Positions 1 to 9,865 of a stretch of DNA of 32,000 nt are shown one piece after another. The notes under the pieces are model-generated. The model made no database searches and was not told where the DNA came from. It saw only the letters and a program-made list of their open reading frames with translations. Positions within the stretch are counted from its first letter, which is position 1; every line of letters begins with the position of its first letter. Made by a program: the position numbers and the translations under genes. The stretch is from Acinetobacter wanghuae (GTDB lineage Bacteria; Pseudomonadota; Gammaproteobacteria; Pseudomonadales; Moraxellaceae), in the NCBI RefSeq assembly GCF_009557235.1, contig NZ_CP045650.1, forward strand, positions 1,200,001-1,232,000, read 5' to 3'.

Positions 1-273
1 GTGCATATTGATCAGATGAATCATCCTTTGATAGCAAGGCAAGTACTTAAATAAATAGCTTTTATCTTCTTTTAACCAAGTGAAAAAGGCTTTGAAATTA
101 GTGAAATGAGAGGATTTATACAAAATAGCAATAAAGATAATTTCTGAAAGACTGAGTTGAGCAACTCGGATTCTTGAAAGTTGGCCATCTTGCTTGAGGA
201 ATTTCCAATAAGTTGCTTCAAATTGTAGAAAAAAGTCATCAATTAAGCAGAACAATTCGGTACTATTAAACAT
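1..273 (-). CDS. IS982-family transposase, N-terminal 91 codons (partial; continues past position 1)
   Basis: Hand translation of the minus strand from ATG at 273-271 gives MFNSTELFCLIDDFFLQFEATYWKFLKQDGQLSRIRVAQLSLSEIIFIAILYKSSHFTNFKAFFTWLKEDKSYLFKYLPCYQRMIHLINMH with no stop up to the window edge. The ELFCLIDDF ... LSxSEI ... FKxF ... Y.R pattern is typical of IS982-family transposase N-termini (for example the ISAba825/ISAba9 group). It is not in the supplied ORF track because it is open at the window edge. Confidence 0.65.
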   Translation of the reverse strand, partial: MFNSTELFCLIDDFFLQFEATYWKFLKQDGQLSRIRVAQLSLSEIIFIAILYKSSHFTNFKAFFTWLKEDKSYLFKYLPCYQRMIHLINMH

Positions 274-364
274 CGGGACTAGAGTTTTAAGTTTTGTGTG
301 GTAACTCAACTGATGGCTCTAGTCCTTCTATTTTTCAAGTCAATTTCTTATCCGCGATTCGGGT
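1..364 (-). mobile_element. Partial IS982-family insertion sequence: left end plus 5' part of the transposase gene. The rest lies beyond the window start.
   Basis: Contains the transposase N-terminus (1-273). On the minus strand the sequence beginning at 364 reads ACCCGAATCGCGGATAAG. I recall IS982-family termini starting with ACCC, so 364 is my candidate IS boundary, giving a 91-nt leader before the ATG. The boundary is inference; the second end and any target duplication are outside the window. Confidence 0.5.
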
Positions 365-671
365 TAATTAAGTACATTATTTTGTAGATTATCAATGAAT
401 ATATGTGGACTAAGCCCACACGTTTCTATCTAGTTTAATTATGCGGCGTGTTGTTATATTTTCTATAGGTGTCTTGTGTGTGGATGGTTGCACACATTAA
501 TTCTCGGAGATTTTTCTTAGAGTGTCTGTATAGGTTCAATTGATTGGCTTGAATGATAAGGTTATTAGGGAGATTGAGAGGGACTTCGATATTCAATCAC
601 AAAAGGCATGTAGTCGGGCTGAATGTGCTTATGCAGCTTAACAGAGCAAGTAGAAAGCATCTTTTAGAATT

Positions 672-705
672 AAAAAAAGCCCCCATCTTTCGATGAGGGC
701 TTTTT
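672..705. terminator. Bidirectional rho-independent terminator downstream of tRNA-Gly
   Basis: Stem GCCCCCATC / GATGAGGGC (one mismatch), loop TTTC, flanked by A7 (672-678) and T5 (701-705). On the minus strand the hairpin is followed by a T-run, directly after the tRNA 3' end. Confidence 0.65.
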
Positions 706-712
706 CGTATTC

Positions 713-788
713 TGGAGCGGGAAAGGAGACTCGAACTCCCGACCCCAACCTTGGCAAGGTTATGCTCTACCAACTGAGCTATTCCCGC
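713..788 (-). tRNA. tRNA-Gly (anticodon GCC), 76 nt with encoded CCA
   Basis: The reverse complement reads GCGGGAATAGCTCAGTTGGTAGAGCATAACCTTGCCAAGGTTGGGGTCGGGAGTTCGAGTCTCCTTTCCCGCTCCA. It has a canonical cloverleaf and is near-identical to E. coli tRNA-Gly(GCC) as I remember it; the anticodon loop is CTTGCCAAG. Confidence 0.95.
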
Positions 789-850
789 AATGAGGGCTAT
801 TATAGAGAATATCGCAGCAGTGTCAACTCTCTACGATTTTAATTGCCTAA

Positions 851-2272
851 TTAATCAGCACGACGCCATACGGTGCCTTGACGCGTATCTTCAAGCACAA
901 TGCCTTGATCGAGCAAAGACTGACGGATTTCATCAGCACGGGCAAATTCTTTGGCTTTCTTCGCATCTTTACGTTGTTGGATTAAATCTTCAATCTGCTC
1001 TGGTGTTAAACCTAATGCTTCCTGACCAATATCCGATTTTAAGAATTCATCAACATTGTATTGCACCAAACCAAGAATATTAGTCAGGTGACGTAAAGTT
1101 GCATAATAAATCGCAGCTCGTTCCGCATTTTCTTCTTTGACCGCGGTATTTAAAGCTTTGTTTATTTCAAACAGAACTGCGATTGCTTCAGACGTATTGA
1201 AATCATCACGCATTGCAGCATTGAAACGTTCAACGAATGCTTCATCCAATGTTTCAGCCAATGTATCGCCATAAACGGCTTGATAGGCTTTAAATGAATG
1301 ATAGAAACGGGTCAGGGTAGTTTTCGCTTCTTTTAACGCAAAGTCAGAAAAATTGACTGGACTACGATAGTGTGAAGAAACAATAAAGTAACGGATCACT
1401 TCAGGATGGAATTTTTCCATCACATCACGAATGGTAAAGAAGTTGCCGAGTGACTTCGACATTTTTTCACCATCGACATTAATGAAACCGACATGCATCC
1501 AATAATTCACATATTGTTCGCCGGTTGATGCTTCAGATTGCGCGATTTCATTTTCATGATGTGGGAATGTTAAATCAGAACCACCGCCATGAATATCAAA
1601 ATGGTTGCCTAGGCAGCAGGTTGACATCGCTGAACACTCGATATGCCAACCCGGACGACCATTGCCCCAAGGAGACGCCCAAGACGGTTCATTTTCTTTG
1701 GCATGTTTCCAAAGCACAAAGTCAAAAGGATGTTTTTTCTGTACTTCAACATCGACACGTTCTGATGCACCTGCTTGCATATCTTCAAGCTTACGACCAG
1801 ACAAACGACCATATTTTTCAAATTTTTCAACTTCGAAATAGACATCGCCATTGTTTGAAGGGTAGGCGGTGCCTTTATCAACCAAATTTCCAATCATGTT
1901 TTGCATTTGGTCAATATAGTCTGTTGCACGCGGTGCTTCATCGGGAGCAGTACAACCCAAACTTGTTGCATCGTCATTCATGGCTTGAATAAAGCGATCG
2001 GTCAATTGGGTAATCGATTCGCCATTTTCATTCGCACGTTTAATAATTTTGTCGTCAATGTCGGTAATATTACGAACGTATTTCACGCTCCAACCTTGGC
2101 TGCGTAAAAAACGAATAATATAGTCAAATGCAACCATGACACGCGCATGTCCAATATGACAGTAGTCGTATACGGTCATACCACAGACGTATATATCAAT
2201 CTGTCCCTCGACGCGTGGTACGAATTCTACTTTTTTGCGTTGCTCTGAGTTATATAGAACAAATGGTTGCAT
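851..2272 (-). CDS. cysS: Cysteine--tRNA ligase (cysteinyl-tRNA synthetase)
   Basis: 473-aa ORF with class I aaRS motifs HIGH (CHIGHARV) and KMSKS, plus zinc/cysteine-binding context (WHIECSAM) typical of CysRS. Confidence 0.97.
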   Translation of the reverse strand: MQPFVLYNSEQRKKVEFVPRVEGQIDIYVCGMTVYDYCHIGHARVMVAFDYIIRFLRSQGWSVKYVRNITDIDDKIIKRANENGESITQLTDRFIQAMNDDATSLGCTAPDEAPRATDYIDQMQNMIGNLVDKGTAYPSNNGDVYFEVEKFEKYGRLSGRKLEDMQAGASERVDVEVQKKHPFDFVLWKHAKENEPSWASPWGNGRPGWHIECSAMSTCCLGNHFDIHGGGSDLTFPHHENEIAQSEASTGEQYVNYWMHVGFINVDGEKMSKSLGNFFTIRDVMEKFHPEVIRYFIVSSHYRSPVNFSDFALKEAKTTLTRFYHSFKAYQAVYGDTLAETLDEAFVERFNAAMRDDFNTSEAIAVLFEINKALNTAVKEENAERAAIYYATLRHLTNILGLVQYNVDEFLKSDIGQEALGLTPEQIEDLIQQRKDAKKAKEFARADEIRQSLLDQGIVLEDTRQGTVWRRAD

Positions 2273-2642
2273 AGCGATTCAAAAAACTTCAAATATAAGG
2301 ATGGCTCATCATAACGTAAGCCTGATTGTTCATAAAGCTGATTGCGCTAAAAGCGCTCAATTTTTAATGATTTAACAATGCAAAATCATATGATGAACGC
2401 TTAGATCTCACCATTTGACTCATTTGAAATGCTCAAAAGTGCCAAGGTGTTCGCACTTTAATATAAGGATCTTGAAAGAAAAATCGATTGATTTATCACT
2501 AAAATGACAGGATATTTTATCGATAACTGCCCAAATCTCTATGATTTAGAACGCTTGCAATTGCATAGCTATGCTAAAATTGCGAAAATTATTTTCATGA
2601 ATTGAGAAATTTTTCTCTGTCTTTAGCGTAGGTATATAGACT

Positions 2643-3635
2643 TTGAATCACCCAAATATGTCGAATCAAGTTGATTTTCAAAAAGTCGCGCTCGAAACGT
2701 TGCGTATAGAAGAACATGCCTTGCAGATTTTGGCGTCTCAGATTGATGAGCGTTTCACCGAGGCGTGTCAGATCATCCTTAAAGCAGAAGGTCGCTTGGT
2801 GGTGACGGGCATGGGCAAGTCAGGTCATATCGGTCGTAAAATGGCAGCAACTTTTGCATCGACAGGCACACCATCATTCTTTATGCATCCGGGTGAAGCA
2901 GGTCATGGTGACCTTGGGATGTTAGTCAAAGGTGATGTACTGATTGCAATTTCAAACTCGGGTAAGAGTGATGAAATTATGATGTTAATGCCGTTGGTGA
3001 AACATTTGGGTATCCCATTGATTACCATTACCGCAGATGATCGTGGTCCAATGCCACAAAATGCGGATGTTGCGCTAACACTCGGTAATTTTGAAGAAGC
3101 TTGTCCATTGGGCTTAGCACCGACATCAAGTACCACAGCCACCTTAGCACTTGGCGATGCGCTCGCTGTTGCGCTTTTGGATGCGCGTGGCTTCACCTCT
3201 GATGATTTTGCCCGTTCGCATCCTGCAGGCGCACTTGGTAAACGTTTACTATTGCATGTCAAACATCTGATGCATACCGGTAAAGATTTACCCAAAGTGT
3301 CTCCATCGACGCCAATGAACCAAGTGTTGTATGAAATTTCCAACAAGCGTTTAGGTCTAACCACCATTGTCGACGAGCAAGATGTATTACTCGGTATTTT
3401 TACCGATGGTGATTTACGTCGTCTTATTGATAAGCAACAAGGCTTTGATGTGAATTTGGCAGTCCAAGATGTGATGGTGAAAAATCCACAAACTATTTCT
3501 CAAGAAGAGCGTGCAGTTGAAGCTTTAGAGCGCATGAACGCACGTAAAATTTCACAATTTGTAGTGGTAGATGATGCCAATAAAGTGATTGGTGTCATTA
3601 GTATGCATGACTTGATTCAAGCTGGGGTAAATTGA
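2643..3635 (+). CDS. kdsD: Arabinose-5-phosphate isomerase KdsD (SIS domain plus tandem CBS domains)
   Basis: 330 aa. SIS motif VVTGMGKSGHIGRKMAATFASTG, C-terminal CBS pair, and position ahead of kdsC-lptCAB. The track start is a TTG at 2643; an in-frame ATG at 2658 is an alternative. Confidence 0.92.
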   Translation: MNHPNMSNQVDFQKVALETLRIEEHALQILASQIDERFTEACQIILKAEGRLVVTGMGKSGHIGRKMAATFASTGTPSFFMHPGEAGHGDLGMLVKGDVLIAISNSGKSDEIMMLMPLVKHLGIPLITITADDRGPMPQNADVALTLGNFEEACPLGLAPTSSTTATLALGDALAVALLDARGFTSDDFARSHPAGALGKRLLLHVKHLMHTGKDLPKVSPSTPMNQVLYEISNKRLGLTTIVDEQDVLLGIFTDGDLRRLIDKQQGFDVNLAVQDVMVKNPQTISQEERAVEALERMNARKISQFVVVDDANKVIGVISMHDLIQAGVN

Positions 3636-3638
3636 TCA

Positions 3639-4178
3639 ATGGCTTCTTATGTTTTATTGGAACAAGCGCGTCACGTTGAAGCCTTGGTTTTAGATGTAGA
3701 TGGTATTTTAAGTGATGGTTTTGTGACCCTCACCAACACAGGCGATGAGCTTAAATCTTTTGATATCCGTGATGGACTAGGGATGAAACTGGTTCAACAG
3801 GCGGGTTTAAAAGTCATTATTATTACCGGTCGTAAAAGTAACATCGTGGAAACACGTATGAATGCTTTGGGCGTAGATTTAGTCTTCCAAGGTCGTGAAG
3901 ATAAAGGCACGGCATTACGTGAAGCCTGTGCACAATTAAATTTATTGCCTGAAGATTGCTTGTATATGGGTGATGACTGGCCTGATCTTTCGGCATTCGC
4001 CATTGCGGGCATGAAAGTGACTGTGCCAAATGGTCATGTTGAAGTGCGCCGTCGTGCAGATTTAGTGACTCAAGCCATGGGTGGACGTGGTGCAGTACGT
4101 GAAATTTGTGACATGTTACTGATGGCAAAAGGCAAGTACGAAGAGTTACTTGAAAAATATACACGCGCGCCTTATTAA
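3639..4178 (+). CDS. kdsC: 3-deoxy-D-manno-octulosonate 8-phosphate phosphatase KdsC (HAD family)
   Basis: 179 aa. HAD motif I LDVDGIL, GDDxxD motif (MGDDWPD), conserved position after kdsD. Confidence 0.92.
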   Translation: MASYVLLEQARHVEALVLDVDGILSDGFVTLTNTGDELKSFDIRDGLGMKLVQQAGLKVIIITGRKSNIVETRMNALGVDLVFQGREDKGTALREACAQLNLLPEDCLYMGDDWPDLSAFAIAGMKVTVPNGHVEVRRRADLVTQAMGGRGAVREICDMLLMAKGKYEELLEKYTRAPY

Positions 4179-4212
4179 TAACATTAGACCCATTGGATAA
4201 AGTAAGCCACTT

Positions 4213-4761
4213 ATGGATACTCGAGTTTTATATATCACGGCAATTGTGATCGCATCTGTAAGTGGTGGTTACTACTATTTCAGTGGCAAAGGCAATAAGC
4301 TCGAAACTGATTCAGCACGTAGCATGACCTATTCTGCAAAACAGATCCAATTGACCCAAACTGATGAAAATGGACAATTGTCTATTCAGGCAAAGGTGGA
4401 TCAGCTTGAACAAGACATGCAGAAAAAAACCACCACATTGACCAATCTCAATGCATCCACATTTACCAATAATGTGGTTGATGCGACTTTTTTCGCCAAA
4501 CAAGCCAATGGCTATGACGACAATACAAAAGTCGTACTATCTCAAGACGTTATTGCGACAAAATTAATGCAAAATGGGAAACTTCAGTTCCACACTGAAG
4601 AGTTGACCGCATATCCTAAAACCCGTGACATTGAAACTGATAAAGTTGTAAAAGTAGAATCTCCGCAGGCTGAATTTGTGAGTCAAGGGTTAAAAGCGAA
4701 CTTAAATGAAGGTCAATACGAGTTTTCAAATATTCGAGGAAAGTATGAACCAAACTCTTAA
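4213..4761 (+). CDS. lptC: LPS export system protein LptC (inner-membrane anchored)
   Basis: 182 aa. Single N-terminal TM helix (LYITAIVIASVSGGYYYF) followed by an OstA-like beta-jellyroll-type sequence; located between kdsC and lptA. Confidence 0.85.
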   Translation: MDTRVLYITAIVIASVSGGYYYFSGKGNKLETDSARSMTYSAKQIQLTQTDENGQLSIQAKVDQLEQDMQKKTTTLTNLNASTFTNNVVDATFFAKQANGYDDNTKVVLSQDVIATKLMQNGKLQFHTEELTAYPKTRDIETDKVVKVESPQAEFVSQGLKANLNEGQYEFSNIRGKYEPNS

Positions 4762-5311
4762 ATCAATGATGACTAAAACTTTCCTGCATCGTATTGCTCT
4801 AGTCACGGCATTGGGTTTGACAGCCGTTCCTGCATTTGCATTACCCTCTGATCGTCAACAATCGATTAGTTTAGTGGCAGACCGTGCAACGTTTAATGAG
4901 CGTACAGGCGTGACCACGTATTCGGGTAATGTCATCATTGAACAGGGTACGATGAAATTACAAGCTGCCTCTATTGTGGCAAATTTAAATGCAAAAAAAG
5001 AAATCAGCTTGATTACTGCAACGGGTTCTCCTGCGCATTTTCAACAGAAAGTAGACCCGGCCAAAGGTTTAGCCAAAGGTCAGGCAAACAAGATTTTATA
5101 TAATGCTGAAACTGGGATTATCACGCTTTCAGGCAATGCTTTACTACAACAAGACGGTGCAAGCATTCGTGGTAATACCTTGAAGTACAGCATGAATAAA
5201 GGTGATATTGAAGCAACGGGTACACCAAATAAAACCGGTTCATCTACTGGTCGTGTACAAATCGTGATCCCACCATCAAGCTCGAAATCCTTCCCAGGAG
5301 TGCGTGATTAA
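4745..5311 (+). CDS. lptA: LPS transport periplasmic protein LptA (OstA-like)
   Basis: The track ORF begins at 4706, but ATG 4745 follows GAGGAAAGT and gives [32 protein letters not shown], a clean signal peptide. The mature part has LptA/OstA N-terminal-domain repeats. Overlaps the lptC end by 17 nt. Confidence 0.9.
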   Translation: MNQTLKSMMTKTFLHRIALVTALGLTAVPAFALPSDRQQSISLVADRATFNERTGVTTYSGNVIIEQGTMKLQAASIVANLNAKKEISLITATGSPAHFQQKVDPAKGLAKGQANKILYNAETGIITLSGNALLQQDGASIRGNTLKYSMNKGDIEATGTPNKTGSSTGRVQIVIPPSSSKSFPGVRD

Positions 5312-6051
5312 TGGATCAATCAACTGTACAGACCTTATGCATTAAACACTTGGCTAAAAATTACAGTAAGCGCTGGGTGGTCAAAGATGTGTCTTTTAGT
5401 ATGCAAAGTGGTCAGATTGTCGGTCTGTTAGGTCCAAACGGTGCAGGTAAAACCACTAGTTTTTATATGGTGGTCGGTTTAGTACGCATGGATAAAGGCG
5501 AAATTTATCTCGATGACCTCGATTTGTCAGATTTAGCCATGCACGAACGCGCACGGAAAGGCATAGGATACTTACCTCAGGAAGCCTCAATTTTTAGAAA
5601 GCTCACTATTTCTGAAAATATTATGGCAATTCTTGAAACACGTAAGGACTTAAGCAAGGCCGAGCGTCAAACACGCTTGGCTGAGTTATTGGCAGATTTC
5701 AAAATCACCCATATTAAAGATTCTTTAGGGATGAGTGTATCGGGTGGTGAACGCCGCCGTGCTGAAATTGCCCGTGCGCTTGCAGCTGATCCAAAGTTTA
5801 TGCTGCTGGATGAACCCTTTGCAGGTGTCGACCCAATCTCGGTGGGTGATATTAAAGATATTATTATGACCCTGAAAGAGCGCGGTATTGGGGTGCTCAT
5901 TACCGATCATAACGTACGTGAAACCTTAGCCATTTGTGAACATGCTTATATTGTGAGTGAAGGTGCGGTCATTGCAGAAGGTGCGCCTGCTGAAATTTTA
6001 CAAAATGAAACTGTTCGTAAAGTTTATCTAGGTGATGATTTCACGGTTTAA
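5311..6051 (+). CDS. lptB: LPS export ABC transporter ATP-binding protein LptB
   Basis: 246 aa. Walker [10 protein letters not shown], signature LSGGERRR, Walker [11 protein letters not shown]. The start overlaps the lptA stop (TAATG). Confidence 0.95.
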   Translation: MDQSTVQTLCIKHLAKNYSKRWVVKDVSFSMQSGQIVGLLGPNGAGKTTSFYMVVGLVRMDKGEIYLDDLDLSDLAMHERARKGIGYLPQEASIFRKLTISENIMAILETRKDLSKAERQTRLAELLADFKITHIKDSLGMSVSGGERRRAEIARALAADPKFMLLDEPFAGVDPISVGDIKDIIMTLKERGIGVLITDHNVRETLAICEHAYIVSEGAVIAEGAPAEILQNETVRKVYLGDDFTV

Positions 6052-6073
6052 AGTGCATTTCAATCTCTATATG

Positions 6074-6113
6074 TCCCGCACCTTGAATCATGGTTTAAGT
6101 TGTGGGATTTTTT
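6074..6113 (+). terminator. Possible intrinsic terminator after lptB
   Basis: 7-bp stem TCCCGCA (6074-6080) / TGTGGGA (6101-6107) including one G-U pair, a large 20-nt loop, then T6 (6108-6113). The weak stem and large loop keep confidence low. Confidence 0.35.
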
Positions 6114-6118
6114 CGGCA

Positions 6119-6147
6119 TTAACATTTTAAAAAGATACATTTAGAAT
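6119..6147 (+). promoter_or_regulatory. Candidate sigma-70 promoter for the T1SS operon
   Basis: TTAACA (6119-6124), 17-nt spacer, TAGAAT (6142-6147), about 45 nt upstream of the ATG at 6192. Sequence match only. Confidence 0.35.
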
Positions 6148-6191
6148 GTTTTTGGTATATTGTCATTTAAAAAATACGAATCATAAAAACC

Positions 6192-7730
6192 ATGCTACTG
6201 CGAGAAAAAAAAGTTCATCATCAATATAGACGGTCGAATGGGGTAACAGGAGCATTTATTGTTCTTTTATTGCCATTAAACATATCGCTTACACATGCTG
6301 AAACGTCGAAAAGTTATTTTCAGAATGTGAAACAGGGTTTAGGTAAGTTCATTGCACCTGAGCCGACTCGTACAGGTTACACCGTTGATATTAGTCAGTT
6401 AAGTAAATATCAGTTAGACACCTCGCGTATTAATGAATTGCCGCAAGTTACCTCGCCACAATGGGGGCAAACGGGCGCGATGAGCAACTCGGGTATTCCA
6501 AATCCACTTGATTTAAACAAAGCTGTACATACAGCAGTGCAAAGACGCCCTGAAATTACACAAAGTATTTCAACGTTGTCTTCGCAAATTGCCAATATTG
6601 ATGTTGCAAAAGCGGGATATTATCCGCAGTTGTCAGGTGGAATTGGTACAGCAGATTTGACCAAAGGTGAGCGTGGACGTCAGTTACTGTCATTGAATGC
6701 CACACAAATGCTTTACGATTTTGGTAAGGTTAAAAATAGCGTCAACATTGAAGAAGCGAAACTGACCCAAGAACAAGCACGTGTCTTGGTTGCATTGGAT
6801 GACGTGTCTTTCGATGTTGCGAATGCGATTGTGAATATTAAACGCTATCAAGATATTACCAAAATTGCCCAACAACAAATTGCGGGCATTGGTCGAATTG
6901 CTGAAATTGCAAATTTACGTGCCAAGGCGGGTATTAGTAGTCAAGCCGATCCAATTCAAGCACAGTCGAATGTCGAAGCAGCTGAAAGTAATTTATTGGT
7001 ACAACAAACACAACTGCGCCAATATCAACAGCGTTTACGTACTTTGCTTGGATTTGATGTTTCAAATATTGAATGGGAATTGCCAACCAATTTAGTGGCT
7101 CACGCCCATTTATATGAAGAACCCAATTTCACTAAAATTCCTTCTTTAATGTTAGCGCAGGCGGGCGTCGATGTTGCGCGCTTGCAAAAAGATCAAGCCA
7201 AACTCAGCAACATGCCGACCATCAATGTCAAAGGGAGTCTGAGTCAAGCATTGAATGGGCGTAACCCAAATAACAATGAAGATAATGGCTTATACAATTC
7301 AGTCATGATAGAAGCCAGCAGTAATTTTTATCAGGGCGGTGCCACACGTTCGCAAGCACGTGCTGCAAGTTATGCTGAAGAAGCAGCCCGCGCGCAAGTC
7401 AATACCGCTTATTTAGATGTGCTTGATCAAGTGCGTTTAATTCGTGAAGAAATTGAAAACAAGCAAAAGCAAATGGATATTTTGTCACAACGCCGTCAGA
7501 CCACAATGCGCACCAAAGAGCTGTATCAAGAACAATATAAGTTAGGTACGCGTACAGTGGTTGATTTGCTGAATGCCGAACAAGCGATTCATAGTGCCGC
7601 GCAGGAAATTGAATCTGCGCGTTACGACATCTATTCGGCACTTGTGCAATATATCCAAGTGACAGGGCGCTCACGTGATGCCTATGATCTTAATAATATT
7701 TCAATTCAGGGGTTTGAAGTTCAGCCATGA
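6192..7730 (+). CDS. TolC-family outer-membrane efflux protein of a type I secretion system
   Basis: 512 aa. Signal peptide ending THA-ET; two OEP-type repeats with the coiled-coil-rich composition of the TolC family. Stop overlaps the ABC gene start (ATGA). Confidence 0.85.
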   Translation: MLLREKKVHHQYRRSNGVTGAFIVLLLPLNISLTHAETSKSYFQNVKQGLGKFIAPEPTRTGYTVDISQLSKYQLDTSRINELPQVTSPQWGQTGAMSNSGIPNPLDLNKAVHTAVQRRPEITQSISTLSSQIANIDVAKAGYYPQLSGGIGTADLTKGERGRQLLSLNATQMLYDFGKVKNSVNIEEAKLTQEQARVLVALDDVSFDVANAIVNIKRYQDITKIAQQQIAGIGRIAEIANLRAKAGISSQADPIQAQSNVEAAESNLLVQQTQLRQYQQRLRTLLGFDVSNIEWELPTNLVAHAHLYEEPNFTKIPSLMLAQAGVDVARLQKDQAKLSNMPTINVKGSLSQALNGRNPNNNEDNGLYNSVMIEASSNFYQGGATRSQARAASYAEEAARAQVNTAYLDVLDQVRLIREEIENKQKQMDILSQRRQTTMRTKELYQEQYKLGTRTVVDLLNAEQAIHSAAQEIESARYDIYSALVQYIQVTGRSRDAYDLNNISIQGFEVQP

Positions 7731-9865
7731 GTAATAGCATATCTTATCAGCCTTGGCTTCAAGCAGTTCTGAATATTGCCAAGCACTATCGTATTGAGCC
7801 ATCAGAAGAGCGTATTCGTCTGCAGTTGGATTGGAATCAACATGAAGACATCGATGAACTGCTGAAAATTGTCACGCGTCAAATTGGCTTAAATGTTCGT
7901 AAAACCAAGTTTGATCGAGCGATCTTGAATCCATGGCGTTTACCGTTATTGGTGGAGTTTGAAACGGGCGAAGTAGGCGTTATTGATCGTATTGATGCCA
8001 ATGGCAATGCCAGTCTTCAAATGAGTGGTGATCAGGGCCTTTCACAAGTCTTTGATGTCGCACAGCTCGAACAAGGCGTGAAATGTGTTTATATTTTGCG
8101 TCCTGAGTCTTCTGTACCCGATGCGCGTGTGGATGAATATATCAAACCATTCGAGAAGAACTGGTTTTGGTCGGTGGTGTTGAACGATTGGAAACGTTAT
8201 GTCGACGTTATGTTTGCGTCACTGATTGCCAATATTCTTGCGCTTGCAACCATTGTATTCTCGATGAACGTCTATGACCGTGTGATTCCGTCACAGTCGA
8301 TTTCTACGCTGTGGGTATTGGCAACAGGTGTACTGATTGCAGCGATTTTCGAGTTTACTTTGCGTGTTTCACGTATTTATCTCTCGGATATCATTGGTAA
8401 ACGAGCAGATTTGAAAATTTCTGATCGCGTTTTTGGTCATGCACTGCGTATTAAAAATAAAGAACGTTCAAAATCGACAGGGACGTTTATTTCACAAATT
8501 CGTGAACTTGAAGGCGTGCGTGAGTTGGTGACCTCAACCACTGTTACCGCGATTGCCGATTTACCCTTCTTCTTCTTGTTCTTGGGTATTTTCTGGCTCA
8601 TTGGCGGTAACCTATTCTGGGTGATGTTGTTGGTTGTACCTTTGATGATTTTGCCGGGCATTTTAGCGCAGAAAAAACTGGCTAAATTGGCACAGATGGG
8701 GATGCGTGAATCTGCAATTCGTAATGCCATGTTGGTCGAAGCCGTGCAAGGTATCGAAGATATTAAGCTATTACGTGCTGAATCACGTTTTCAAAACCAA
8801 TGGAATCATATGAATGAAGTGTCTGCTGACGTCAGTATGCAACAACGTAAAGTCGTTGGATTGATGACGGCATGGACACAAAAAATTCAAGGTTTAACTT
8901 TTGCGATCGTGGTGCTTGTAGGTGCATTTGCCGTCATGGAAGGTGATATGACCACAGGTTCATTAGTTGCGTGTTCAATTTTATCATCTCGTATGCTTGC
9001 GCCAATTTCACAACTCACCGGTGTATTAGGTCGTTTACAACAAGCGAAAGTTGCAAAAGCTGGCTTAGATGAATTAATGAAAAAACCGGTCGATCAACCT
9101 GATTATTCACATTTGATTCATCGCCCTGAAATCAATGGCGACTACGAGTTAAGTGGTGTGGTGTTTAAATATGGCGAAGATGATCCGAAACCAAGTGTGA
9201 TGATTCCAAAACTTGAAATTAAGCCAGGCGAAAAAATTGCGATTCTTGGTCGTAATGGCGCGGGTAAATCGACACTGCTGCAACTCTTGTCAGGTATGCA
9301 AACTCCAATTCAAGGGAAAGTGAAGCTCGATGGTATTGATATGAGCTTAATTGATCCTTCTGATGTACGTCGTGATATGGGCTTACTCAATCAAAGCTCT
9401 GTTTTGTTCTATGGCACGATTCGTGAGAACTTAACCTTGGGTGCACCACTGGCAACCGATCAACAGATCCTTGAAGCATTACAAATTACGGGTGCATTGG
9501 CATTTGTCCAAGAGAAAAAAGAAGGGCTAGATCATATTATCTTAGAAGGTGGTATTGGTTTTTCAGGTGGACAACGTCAAGCTTTACTGTTGTCTCGCTT
9601 ATTGATTCGTCAGCCACGAATTTTGTTGCTGGATGAACCGACAGCCTCTATTGATGATGTGTCTGAAAAACAATTGATTGATCATTTAAAAGTATATTTA
9701 GCCAATCGTACCATGGTGGTGGCAACGCATCGCCGTGCAGTACTGGAGTTGGTTGACCGAATTATTGTGGTCAATGACGGTAAAATTGTCATGGATGGAC
9801 CGCGTGATCAGATTCTTAATCAATCACAAGGTGGGACAAAACGTGAAACTGGAGCAAACGCATGA
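7727..9865 (+). CDS. Type I secretion ABC transporter permease/ATPase (HlyB/LapB-like) with N-terminal C39-like domain
   Basis: 712 aa. About 130-aa N-terminal peptidase-C39-like region with no cysteine in its first ~110 residues (first Cys is C120), so it looks like a non-catalytic CLD. Six-helix ABC TMD. Walker A GRNGAGKST, signature FSGGQRQ, Walker B LLLDEPT. Confidence 0.9.
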   Translation: MSNSISYQPWLQAVLNIAKHYRIEPSEERIRLQLDWNQHEDIDELLKIVTRQIGLNVRKTKFDRAILNPWRLPLLVEFETGEVGVIDRIDANGNASLQMSGDQGLSQVFDVAQLEQGVKCVYILRPESSVPDARVDEYIKPFEKNWFWSVVLNDWKRYVDVMFASLIANILALATIVFSMNVYDRVIPSQSISTLWVLATGVLIAAIFEFTLRVSRIYLSDIIGKRADLKISDRVFGHALRIKNKERSKSTGTFISQIRELEGVRELVTSTTVTAIADLPFFFLFLGIFWLIGGNLFWVMLLVVPLMILPGILAQKKLAKLAQMGMRESAIRNAMLVEAVQGIEDIKLLRAESRFQNQWNHMNEVSADVSMQQRKVVGLMTAWTQKIQGLTFAIVVLVGAFAVMEGDMTTGSLVACSILSSRMLAPISQLTGVLGRLQQAKVAKAGLDELMKKPVDQPDYSHLIHRPEINGDYELSGVVFKYGEDDPKPSVMIPKLEIKPGEKIAILGRNGAGKSTLLQLLSGMQTPIQGKVKLDGIDMSLIDPSDVRRDMGLLNQSSVLFYGTIRENLTLGAPLATDQQILEALQITGALAFVQEKKEGLDHIILEGGIGFSGGQRQALLLSRLLIRQPRILLLDEPTASIDDVSEKQLIDHLKVYLANRTMVVATHRRAVLELVDRIIVVNDGKIVMDGPRDQILNQSQGGTKRETGANA

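Noticed and set aside
577-592. Weak resemblance (GAGGGACTTCGAT) to the tRNA-Gly T-arm/3' end as a possible att repeat
   Set aside because: Only about 10 of 13 positions match, and indels are required. That is insufficient to call a direct repeat.
790-2107. Track ORFs 790-1083(+), 1525-1992(+), 1605-1841(+), 1609-1893(-), 1901-2107(+)
   Set aside because: All lie inside, antisense to, or out of frame with the strongly supported cysS CDS. Their translations are low-complexity with no motifs, typical of shadow ORFs.
2903-4503. Antisense ORFs 2903-3367(-), 3794-4012(-), 3823-4164(-), 4312-4503(-)
   Set aside because: They are embedded opposite kdsD, kdsC and lptC, whose products have clear family motifs. 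No independent start context or signals.
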